32,000 nucleotides of DNA from an uncultured Actinomycetota bacterium (GTDB taxonomy: Bacteria; Actinomycetota; Actinomycetes; Actinomycetales; Dermatophilaceae): the NCBI GenBank assembly GCA_963752705.1, contig CAVVZM010000002.1, forward strand, positions 440,877 to 472,876. The letters are read 5' to 3'. The translations under genes and the position numbers were made by a program. The notes under the pieces were generated by a model. It saw nothing but the letters and a program-made list of their open reading frames with translations. It was not told where the DNA came from and made no database searches. Shown piece after piece: positions 15,797 to 22,594 of the stretch (its first letter is position 1; the number at the start of each line of letters is the position of its first letter).

Positions 15797-17158
15797 TCAG
15801 ACCGCCCGGAGACGCTCCAGCGCCTCCTTGCGCTCCACGTCGTGGTCGACGATCGGCGCGGGGTAGTCCTCAGGCGGGGGGTCGAGCTTCCACGGCTCGT
15901 GGATCTCCTTGGCGGACAACGACTTCAGCTCCGGCACCCACCGCCGCACGTAGTCCCCGGCCGGGTCGAACTTCTTGCCCTGCAGCGTCGGGTTGAACAC
16001 GCGGTAGTAGGGCGCCGCGTCGGTGCCGGTGCCCGCCGTCCACTGCCAGCCGTGCTGGTTGTTGGCGAGGTCGCCGTCGATGAGGTGGTCCATGAAGTGC
16101 TTCGCGCCGACGGTCCACTCCAGGTGCAGGTCCTTGACGAGGAACGACGCGACGATCATCCGCAGCCGGTTGTGCATCCACCCGGTGGCGATGAGCTGGC
16201 GCATCCCGGCGTCGACGATGGGGAAACCGGTGCGCCCTTCCTGCCAGGCGGCCAGCTTCTCGTCCGCCTCCTTGCCTGTGTCGTAGTCCATGCCCTTGAG
16301 CTGCGGGGAGTAGTAGTCGTGGGCGCTGTGCGGGAAGTGGAAGAGGATCGCGGCGTAGAAGTCGCGCCAGCACAGCTGCCGCCGGTACGCCTCGCCGGCC
16401 CGCCCCAGGTCGGCGAGCATCGTGCGCGGGTGGATGGTGCCGAGCTTGAGGTGCACCGACATGTGCGACGTCGAGTCGAGGTCGGGGCGGTTGCGCTCCT
16501 TGCTGTAGCGCGCGAGGTCGTCCTTCTGGAACGCCGTCCACAGGCGGTGCGCCGCCGCCTCGCCCGCGTCGGGGATCTCGACGGAGGTCTTCGGGTCGTG
16601 CGGGAGGTCGGTGCCGTCGACGGGGTGCCAGTCGACGCTGCCCGGCCGGGTCTGCGCCGGGCTGTGCCAGCCGCGTTCGGACCACGCCCGGTAGTACGGG
16701 GTGAAGACCTTGAACGGGGTGTCGTCCTTCTTGAGCACGTGCCCCGGCGACACGGCATACGGGCTGCCGGTGCGGACGAGGGGTATGCCGCCGCCGACCT
16801 TCCCCAGCGCGGTCTCGACCCGCTCGTCGCGGGCCCGGCCGTAGGGGGCGAAGTCCTCGCTGATGTGGACCGCGCTCGCGCCGATCTCCTTGGCCAGCGC
16901 GGGAACGACGTTCTCCGGCTTGCCCCGCTTGATCGTCAGCCGGCCGCCGTGGCTGCGCAGGTCCTCGTCGAGGGCGCGCAGGGTGCGGTAGAGGAACGCC
17001 GTGCGCGGACCGGCGTCGGCGCGCAGCAGCACGTCGTCGAGCACGAACAGGGCGGTGACCGGCCCGTCCTTGGCCGCGGCGTCGAGCGCCGGATGGTCGT
17101 GCAGCCGCAGGTCGCGGCGGAACCACAGGATCGTCGGCTGGTCTGCCGTGGACGTCAC
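15797..17158 (-). CDS. phr: Deoxyribodipyrimidine (CPD) photolyase
   Basis: GTG 17158 gives MTSTADQPTILWFRRDLRLHDHPAL, inside the 942-aa track ORF. FAD-binding region: TGFPIVDAGMRQLIATGWMHNRLRMIVASFL and DGDLANNQHGWQWTAGTGTDAAPYYRVFNP. The start overlaps the upstream stop (GTGA at 17158-17155). Confidence 0.93.
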   Translation of the reverse strand: MTSTADQPTILWFRRDLRLHDHPALDAAAKDGPVTALFVLDDVLLRADAGPRTAFLYRTLRALDEDLRSHGGRLTIKRGKPENVVPALAKEIGASAVHISEDFAPYGRARDERVETALGKVGGGIPLVRTGSPYAVSPGHVLKKDDTPFKVFTPYYRAWSERGWHSPAQTRPGSVDWHPVDGTDLPHDPKTSVEIPDAGEAAAHRLWTAFQKDDLARYSKERNRPDLDSTSHMSVHLKLGTIHPRTMLADLGRAGEAYRRQLCWRDFYAAILFHFPHSAHDYYSPQLKGMDYDTGKEADEKLAAWQEGRTGFPIVDAGMRQLIATGWMHNRLRMIVASFLVKDLHLEWTVGAKHFMDHLIDGDLANNQHGWQWTAGTGTDAAPYYRVFNPTLQGKKFDPAGDYVRRWVPELKSLSAKEIHEPWKLDPPPEDYPAPIVDHDVERKEALERLRAV

Positions 17159-18804
17159 GCCGAGAGCTCCTCGCGTCGGATGGACCGCTCGAACAACGGC
17201 GGGAGGAAGCGCAGCATGAGCATCGCCCACGTCACGTGGGTGAGCATCGGGGCCTGGATGCCGCCGGACGCCCGGCGCTGCATCCCGAACAGCAGCCCCA
17301 TCACCCCGCCGGCCACGGTGAGGGCGGGGTTGCGGCTCGCCGCCGTCGCCACGGTGTAGGCGGCCGTCGAGATGAGGATCGGCCGGTCGGCCGCCGCGGT
17401 GTAGAAGGCGCCGCGGAAGAACATCTCCTCGGCGAGCCCGTTGACCGAGGTCGTGAGGATGATCAGCGGCATGCTGCCCTGGTCGGCGTAGCGCAGCACG
17501 TTCCCGATGGCCCGGTCGAGGATCGGGACCTCCCGGGCGACGAGCGCCGCCGCGTAGAACCCGCCGAAGGTGAGCACGCCGGTGACGACCGGTGTGACGA
17601 TCGGGCGGCGCAGGTTGTTGTCGCGCCCCTTGATCCAGCCGAGGTGCAGCGGACCCGAGGCGACGGCCCCGGCCGTCCAGGTCGCCGCGAGCGCCCCGGT
17701 GAGCCAGTAGAACTTCTTCGACCCGGGGGCGACGTTGAGCGAGACGCCGAGCAGGGTGGCCCCCGCGACCCCCACGCCGGCGACGACCCGGCGCCGACGC
17801 GTACGCACGGCGTCGGTCTCCTGGGGGACCTGCGGCTCCTGGAGGTGGAAGGGCTTGGGCAGCCGCCCGAGCACCCGGTGGATGGTGTCGGCGGGCGAGG
17901 CGCCGGAGGCGTCGTCGGCCCCGCGCGCGGCCCGCTCGTCGAGCGCCGCGCGGGCGGCGTCGTCGTAGCCCATCGGCTCGAAGGGCACCATGCGGCGGAT
18001 GCTGGGGTCCTTGACGACGACCTCGTTGGTCATCGAGTCGACGAGGTTGCGGCCCGTGGTCGTGTCGACGTCGGTGACGAGCGACAGCCACCGGGACGAC
18101 AGCTGGGGGGTGAGCATCGGCACCGGGACGATGGGCAGGTCGCGGCCCTGGAGCTTGGCCACCCGCTGCAGCATCGTCTTGTAGCGCAGCACCTCCGGGC
18201 CGCCGATCTCCAGCGCCCGGCCGGCCGCTTCGGGCAGGTCGAGCACGGCGACGAGGTAGCGCACGACGTCGGCCACGGCGATCGGCTGCGTGCGGGTCAT
18301 CACCCAGCGGGGCGTGATCATGGCCGGCAGGTGGTCGACGAGCTGGCGGGTCATCTCCCACGAGATCCCGCCGTCGCCGATGACGATGCCCGCGCGCAGC
18401 GTCGTGACGGGCACGCCGCTCGCGGCCAGCTCGGTCTCCACCTCGCGGCGGCTGCGCAGGTGGGCGGACAGCTCCTCGCTGTCGTCGCCGAGGCCGCCGA
18501 GGTAGACGATCCGCTGCAGACCCGCACGGGCGGCGGCGACCCCGAAGGCCTTGGCGCCCTTCGCGTCCTTGTTCTCGAAGTCGTCGTCGTCGAGGGAGTG
18601 CACGAGGTAGTACCCCGCGTCGCACCCCTCCATCGCGGCGTCCAGGGAGCTCGCGTCACCGACGTCGCCGGCGACCGCGGTGCCGGCACCGTCGTAGCTC
18701 TCGGGGCGGCGCGTCATGGCCCGCACCTCGTGGCCCGCCTCGACGAGGGCCGGGCAGAGGCGACGCCCGACGAAGCCGGACGCGCCCGCGACGAGGACCT
18801 TCAT
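17155..18804 (-). CDS. Fusion protein: N-terminal atypical SDR / NAD(P)H-binding (NmrA/YbjT-like) domain plus C-terminal CPBP (CAAX-protease/Abi) membrane domain
   Basis: ATG 18804 gives MKVLVAGASGFVGRRL (GxxGxxG), inside the 707-aa track ORF. The central segment TPQLSSRWLSLVTDV is typical of YbjT-like SDRs. The C-terminal ~200 aa has about 6 hydrophobic helices and CPBP motif 1, LAEEMFFRG. The start overlaps the litR stop (ATGA at 18804-18801). Confidence 0.8.
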   Translation of the reverse strand: MKVLVAGASGFVGRRLCPALVEAGHEVRAMTRRPESYDGAGTAVAGDVGDASSLDAAMEGCDAGYYLVHSLDDDDFENKDAKGAKAFGVAAARAGLQRIVYLGGLGDDSEELSAHLRSRREVETELAASGVPVTTLRAGIVIGDGGISWEMTRQLVDHLPAMITPRWVMTRTQPIAVADVVRYLVAVLDLPEAAGRALEIGGPEVLRYKTMLQRVAKLQGRDLPIVPVPMLTPQLSSRWLSLVTDVDTTTGRNLVDSMTNEVVVKDPSIRRMVPFEPMGYDDAARAALDERAARGADDASGASPADTIHRVLGRLPKPFHLQEPQVPQETDAVRTRRRRVVAGVGVAGATLLGVSLNVAPGSKKFYWLTGALAATWTAGAVASGPLHLGWIKGRDNNLRRPIVTPVVTGVLTFGGFYAAALVAREVPILDRAIGNVLRYADQGSMPLIILTTSVNGLAEEMFFRGAFYTAAADRPILISTAAYTVATAASRNPALTVAGGVMGLLFGMQRRASGGIQAPMLTHVTWAMLMLRFLPPLFERSIRREELSA

Positions 18805-19787
18805 CGCGTCACCGCCGGCTCCGGTCGCCGCGGCGCGCGGAGGCGCTGCGCCTCGGTGACCGGGTCGCCGGCCAGCGCGACGGCACCCGCGGCCCGGACG
18901 GCCTCGGGGGTGGCCCCCGCGCCTGCGAGCACGACGGAGGCGGTGGCCCCGAGCCGGGTCAGGTCCTCGGCGGCGGCCAGGAACGGAGCGGGGGTGGTCG
19001 CGGCGAGGACGACGACCTCGGGTCGTAGATGGCGCACGGCGTTCTCCAGATCGGTCACGGGGGTGTTGTTGCCCAGGAAGGTGATGCGCCAACCGCAGCG
19101 ATTCAAGGCGATCCCGAACACCATGAGCGGAAGGTCGTGCAGCTCGCCCTTCGGGCAGGCGAGGACGGCGCGCGGGCCCACCCCGTCGCCCCAGCCGAGG
19201 GCGAGGGCGGCCAGACGGCCGCGGATGAGGTTGCTCGCGAAGTGCTCCTGGGCGATGTCGACGCGGCCCGCCGCCCACCGGGCGCCCAGCTGCGCCAGGT
19301 AGGGCATGACGACGTCGCGCAGCACCGTGGTGACGGTCAGCCGGCGCAACATGGCGTCGAACACCAGCTGAGCGGCGGGCTCGTCGTAGGCGTCGAGCGC
19401 CTCCTCGAGGGCGCGGTAATAGCGCATGGCGGCGTCGGACTCGTCGTCCCCGTCGGGGACGGTGGCGACCGGGGTCGCGCCGGCGGGGGCCTGGCGCGCC
19501 GCCACGGCGGCCTCCGCGGCCGACAGGCCGTGGGTGAGCTGGTCCTGCATGAGGCGGACGCGGCGCTCGTCCTGCTCGGTGTAGAGGCGGTAGCCCTTGG
19601 GCGACCGGGCCGGCTGCAGCAGGCGGTAGCGCCGCTCCCAGGCCCGCAGCAGCTCGGTGCTGACGCCGACCCGTCGGCTCAGCTCGCCGATCCGCACCCC
19701 CACCGGCTCAGCCGGCTCACTCGGCACAGCCCGGTCGGCCGGGTCGGCCGGGTCGAGCGGCTCGCGGTCGGACAGGGGCGGGGGCAT
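18801..19787 (-). CDS. litR: MerR-family, cobalamin-binding light-responsive regulator (CarH/LitR class)
   Basis: MerR HTH: VRIGELSRRVGVSTELLRAWERRYRLLQPARSPKGYRLYTEQD. Wx9EH motif: WAAGRVDIAQEH. B12-binding domain with ExH: CPKGELHDLPLMVFGIALNRCGWRITFLG. The track ORF starts at TTG 19802, but I prefer ATG 19787 (MPPPLSDREP). Confidence 0.87.
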   Translation of the reverse strand: MPPPLSDREPLDPADPADRAVPSEPAEPVGVRIGELSRRVGVSTELLRAWERRYRLLQPARSPKGYRLYTEQDERRVRLMQDQLTHGLSAAEAAVAARQAPAGATPVATVPDGDDESDAAMRYYRALEEALDAYDEPAAQLVFDAMLRRLTVTTVLRDVVMPYLAQLGARWAAGRVDIAQEHFASNLIRGRLAALALGWGDGVGPRAVLACPKGELHDLPLMVFGIALNRCGWRITFLGNNTPVTDLENAVRHLRPEVVVLAATTPAPFLAAAEDLTRLGATASVVLAGAGATPEAVRAAGAVALAGDPVTEAQRLRAPRRPEPAVTR

Positions 19788-19793
19788 ACCCAG

Positions 19794-19823
19794 ACTGTAC
19801 AAACCTTGGACATCAGGCGTCGA
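19794..19823 (-). promoter_or_regulatory. Candidate leaderless promoter and operator for litR
   Basis: On the minus strand: TCGACG (19823-19818), an 18-nt spacer, TACAGT (19799-19794), then 6 nt to ATG 19787. The spacer and -10 carry TGTCCA (19812-19807) and TGTACA (19801-19796) exactly 11 bp apart. On the plus strand these read TggACA and TgtACA. Confidence 0.3.
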
Positions 19824-20274
19824 GGGGCACGACCTTGAACACCGGCATCCCGGGCGCGGCCGCCGCCAGCTCGCCGTCCGTGGACTTCGCCGTGAGGCCC
19901 TCGACGAACCGTCCGACCTCCCAGCCCCACCGCGAGAGGTAGACCCGCAGCACCGGGACCCGCTCGTCCACGGGCACCTCGACGAGGCGCACCTGCTCGA
20001 TGCGGCGCCCCACCCGCAGCTCCGCGACCCCGGCCACCCGCACGTTGCGCACCCACTGGGTGACGCCGCGCGGTGACACGAGGTAGCGCTCGCCGGCCAG
20101 GGGCAGGAGGTTGACGGGCACGCTCCGGGGGGTGCCGGACGAGCGGCCGGACACGGTGAGCACGCGCGAGCCGAGCAGGCTGACGCCGTGGCGGGTCATC
20201 CAGCGCACCGCCCGCATGAAGGCGAGCTCGGCCGCGGAGGTGGGGGCGATGTAGCGGTCGGCGGTCTGGTTCAT
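19813..20274 (-). CDS. DUF385 / deazaflavin (F420)-dependent nitroreductase-family oxidoreductase
   Basis: 153 aa. Pattern GRSSGTPRSVPVNLLPLAGERYLVSPRGVTQWVRNVRVAGVAELRVG...ERVPVLRVYL matches the Ddn/DUF385 split-barrel family by eye. It is divergent from a TetR gene. Confidence 0.78.
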   Translation of the reverse strand: MNQTADRYIAPTSAAELAFMRAVRWMTRHGVSLLGSRVLTVSGRSSGTPRSVPVNLLPLAGERYLVSPRGVTQWVRNVRVAGVAELRVGRRIEQVRLVEVPVDERVPVLRVYLSRWGWEVGRFVEGLTAKSTDGELAAAAPGMPVFKVVPLDA

Positions 20275-20295
20275 GATGGCCTCTTCTCTTCAAAC

Positions 20296-20310
20296 GAGAG
20301 CGGTGCTCTC
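20296..20310. promoter_or_regulatory. Palindromic operator O1 (candidate TetR site)
   Basis: GAGAGC-GGT-GCTCTC is a perfect palindrome, 22 bp upstream of the DUF385 ATG (20274). Confidence 0.5.
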
Positions 20311-20347
20311 TGTTGTGACGAGTATGCGCCGGCGCCTCAGGCGTGTC

Positions 20348-20362
20348 AAGAGCACTGCTCTC
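20348..20362. promoter_or_regulatory. Palindromic operator O2 (candidate TetR site)
   Basis: AAGAGC-ACT-GCTCTC has 5/6 arm symmetry and lies 23 bp upstream of the TetR ATG (20385). The 18-mers 20292-20309 and 20349-20366 are reverse complements of each other at 17/18 positions. Confidence 0.5.
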
Positions 20363-20384
20363 GTTTCTGTGGGACGATGACGGG

Positions 20385-21077
20385 ATGAGCCCCGGAGTAC
20401 GAGCCGCCCGCCGCGACGACGTGACCCAGCGCGTGCTCGAGATCGGGCGCCGGCACCTGTCCGAGCAGGGGGCCGCGGCGCTGTCCCTGCGGGCGGTGGC
20501 CCGTGACCTCGGCATGGTGTCGTCGGCGGTCTACCGCTACGTCGCCGACCGCGACGACCTGCTGACCCTGCTGCTCATGGACGCCTACTCCGAGCTCGCC
20601 GACGTCGTCGACGAGGCCGTGGCCGGGGCTGCCCGGTCGGCCTGGGACACGCGGATCCTGGTCGCCGCGACCGCCGTGCGCAGCTGGGGGCTGCGCGAGC
20701 CGGCGCGCTACGCGCTGCTGTACGGCAGCCCGGTGCCCGGGTACGTCGCCCCCGAGCGCACCACCGAGCCCGGGACGCGGGTGATCCGGCTGCTCGTCGA
20801 CCTGGTGGAGGAGGGCGTGAGCCGCGGTGACGTCACCGACGGACCGGGGCCGGTGCCGGTCCCCCGAGCCCTGCGCACTGACCTCGCGCAGGTGCGCGAC
20901 GCCCTCGGCGCCACGATGGACGCCGCGGTGCTCGGCCGGGCCGTGGGGCTGTGGGCGACGGTGTTCGGGGCGGTGAGCCTCGAGGTCTTCGGCCAGCTGG
21001 GCGACGACACCTTCGCCGAGCCCGGCCTGCTGTTCGAGCAGCAGGTCCGTCTCGCTCTGGTCACCCTTCGGGGGTGA
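20385..21077 (+). CDS. TetR/AcrR-family transcriptional regulator
   Basis: HTH: LSLRAVARDLGMVSSAVYRYVADRDDLL. I prefer ATG 20385 over the track start GTG 20343, which would place operator O2 inside the coding sequence. Confidence 0.9.
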   Translation: MSPGVRAARRDDVTQRVLEIGRRHLSEQGAAALSLRAVARDLGMVSSAVYRYVADRDDLLTLLLMDAYSELADVVDEAVAGAARSAWDTRILVAATAVRSWGLREPARYALLYGSPVPGYVAPERTTEPGTRVIRLLVDLVEEGVSRGDVTDGPGPVPVPRALRTDLAQVRDALGATMDAAVLGRAVGLWATVFGAVSLEVFGQLGDDTFAEPGLLFEQQVRLALVTLRG

Positions 21078-21510
21078 GGCTCCCGGCCCCGCTGTGCGCG
21101 ACGCCCGTCGCTCCCAGGGAGGCGAGGTCCATGTGCAGCACCTCCCAGACGTGTCCGTCGGGGTCGCTGAAGCTGTGCCCGTACATCGGGCCCTCCTGCA
21201 TCTTGGGGAGCCACTCGCCCCCGCCGGAGGCGAGCGCCCGCTCGACGAGGTCGTCGACCTCGCGGGGGGAGTCGGCGCTGAGGCACATGATCGACGTGGT
21301 CGCGGCCTTCGGGTCGCCGACGGGGCCGGTCACGAAGTCGCCGAAGCGCTCGCGGGTCAGGAGCATGACGACGATGGTGTCCGACACGACGATGGAGGCG
21401 GTGGAGTCGTCGGAGAACATCTCGTTCACCCCGAAGCCCAGACCGGTGTAGAAGGAGCGGGACGCCTGCAGGTCCGAGACGGGCAGGTTGACGAAGATCA
21501 TCCGGTTCAT
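21061..21510 (-). CDS. VOC-family (glyoxalase/bleomycin-resistance fold) protein
   Basis: ATG 21510 gives MNRMIFVNLPVSDLQASRSFYTGLGFGVNEMF...GHSFSDPDGHVWEVLHMD, inside the 483-aa track ORF. The 3' end overlaps the convergent TetR gene by 17 nt. Confidence 0.85.
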   Translation of the reverse strand: MNRMIFVNLPVSDLQASRSFYTGLGFGVNEMFSDDSTASIVVSDTIVVMLLTRERFGDFVTGPVGDPKAATTSIMCLSADSPREVDDLVERALASGGGEWLPKMQEGPMYGHSFSDPDGHVWEVLHMDLASLGATGVAHSGAGSLTPEG

Positions 21511-21576
21511 GGTGGTGAGACCACGGAACCGGCCGGAACTCGTCGCTGTGTCGGCGGTGTCCCGTAGGTTCTTCGG

Positions 21577-22590
21577 ATGACGGATCTGGCCCTGGCCCGC
21601 ACCGACCGTGAGCACGACGACCGGGAGTTCATGGCGCTGGTCGAGCCCCTGCGCGGAGAGCTGACCGCCCACTGCTACCGGATGCTCGGCTCGGTGCACG
21701 ACGCCGAGGACCTCGTGCAGGAGACCTACCTGCGGGCCTGGCGCGCGTTCCACGGGTTCGAGGGGCGCTCCTCGGTGCGCACGTGGATGTACCAGATCGC
21801 CACCAACACCTGCCTGACCGCCCTCAAGGGCAAGGCCCGCCGCCCGCTGCCCACCGGTCTGGGCGCCCCGGCCTCCGACCCCGTCGGCGCCCTCGAGTCG
21901 CGGCCCGAGGTCTCCTGGCTGGAGCCGGCCCCCGACCGGGTCGTGGCCGGCACCGCCCCGGTCGACCCCGAGGCCGCCGCCGTCAGCAGCGACTCCATCC
22001 GGATCGCCTTCATCGCGGCCCTCCAGCACCTCACCCCCATCCAGCGGGCCGTCCTCATCCTGCGCGACGTGCTCGCGTGGCACGCGGCAGAGGTCGCCGA
22101 GGCCCTCGACACCTCGGTCGCGGCGGTCAACAGCGCGCTCCAGCGGGCTCGTGCGCAGATGGCCAAGCTCGACCCTCCCGACGAGGCGTCGGCGTCCCTC
22201 GGCGTCGACGACCCCGCCGCCCGTGCCCAGCTCGAGCGCTACGTCACCGCCTTCGAGCGCTACGACATCGACGGCATCGTCGCGATGCTCACGGCCGACG
22301 CGGTCTGGGACATGCCGCCCTTCACGGGCTGGTACCAGGGCAACGAGGCCATCGGCCGCCTCATCGCCACCCAGTGCCCCGCCAGCGGCCCCGGCGACAT
22401 GCGGCTCGTGCCGACGACAGCCAACGGCCAGCCGGCCTACGGCCTCTACATGCGCGACGACGACGGACGGCTGCGGGCGTTCCAGCTGCAGCAACTCACG
22501 CTCGGCGCCCACGGCGTCACCCGGGTCACCGCCTACTTCGACCTACGCCTCTTCGACCTGTTCGGCCTGCCCATGGAGCTGCCCGCCTGA
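21577..22590 (+). CDS. ECF sigma-70 factor with fused C-terminal SnoaL-like (NTF2) domain (SigG/SigJ-like architecture)
   Basis: 337 aa. Region 2: [36 protein letters not shown]. Region 4: [41 protein letters not shown]. The C-terminal ~130 aa reads [27 protein letters not shown]...[10 protein letters not shown]. No adjacent anti-sigma gene. Confidence 0.9.
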   Translation: MTDLALARTDREHDDREFMALVEPLRGELTAHCYRMLGSVHDAEDLVQETYLRAWRAFHGFEGRSSVRTWMYQIATNTCLTALKGKARRPLPTGLGAPASDPVGALESRPEVSWLEPAPDRVVAGTAPVDPEAAAVSSDSIRIAFIAALQHLTPIQRAVLILRDVLAWHAAEVAEALDTSVAAVNSALQRARAQMAKLDPPDEASASLGVDDPAARAQLERYVTAFERYDIDGIVAMLTADAVWDMPPFTGWYQGNEAIGRLIATQCPASGPGDMRLVPTTANGQPAYGLYMRDDDGRLRAFQLQQLTLGAHGVTRVTAYFDLRLFDLFGLPMELPA

Positions 22591-22594
22591 GCCG

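Noticed and set aside
12835-19278. N-terminal extensions of the 791-aa (12835..15210), 942-aa (15797..18625) and 707-aa (17155..19278) track ORFs.
   Set aside because: Only the C-terminal parts (from 13719, 17158 and 18804) have family motifs and proper N-termini. The extensions overlap the upstream gene in another frame and are Arg/Pro-rich noise.
21525-21539. Two GGAAC pentamers (21525-21529 and 21535-21539) as an ECF-type -35 element upstream of the sigma gene.
   Set aside because: I found no CGT/GTC-type -10 at the usual 16-17 nt spacing from either copy. This is left as unproven.
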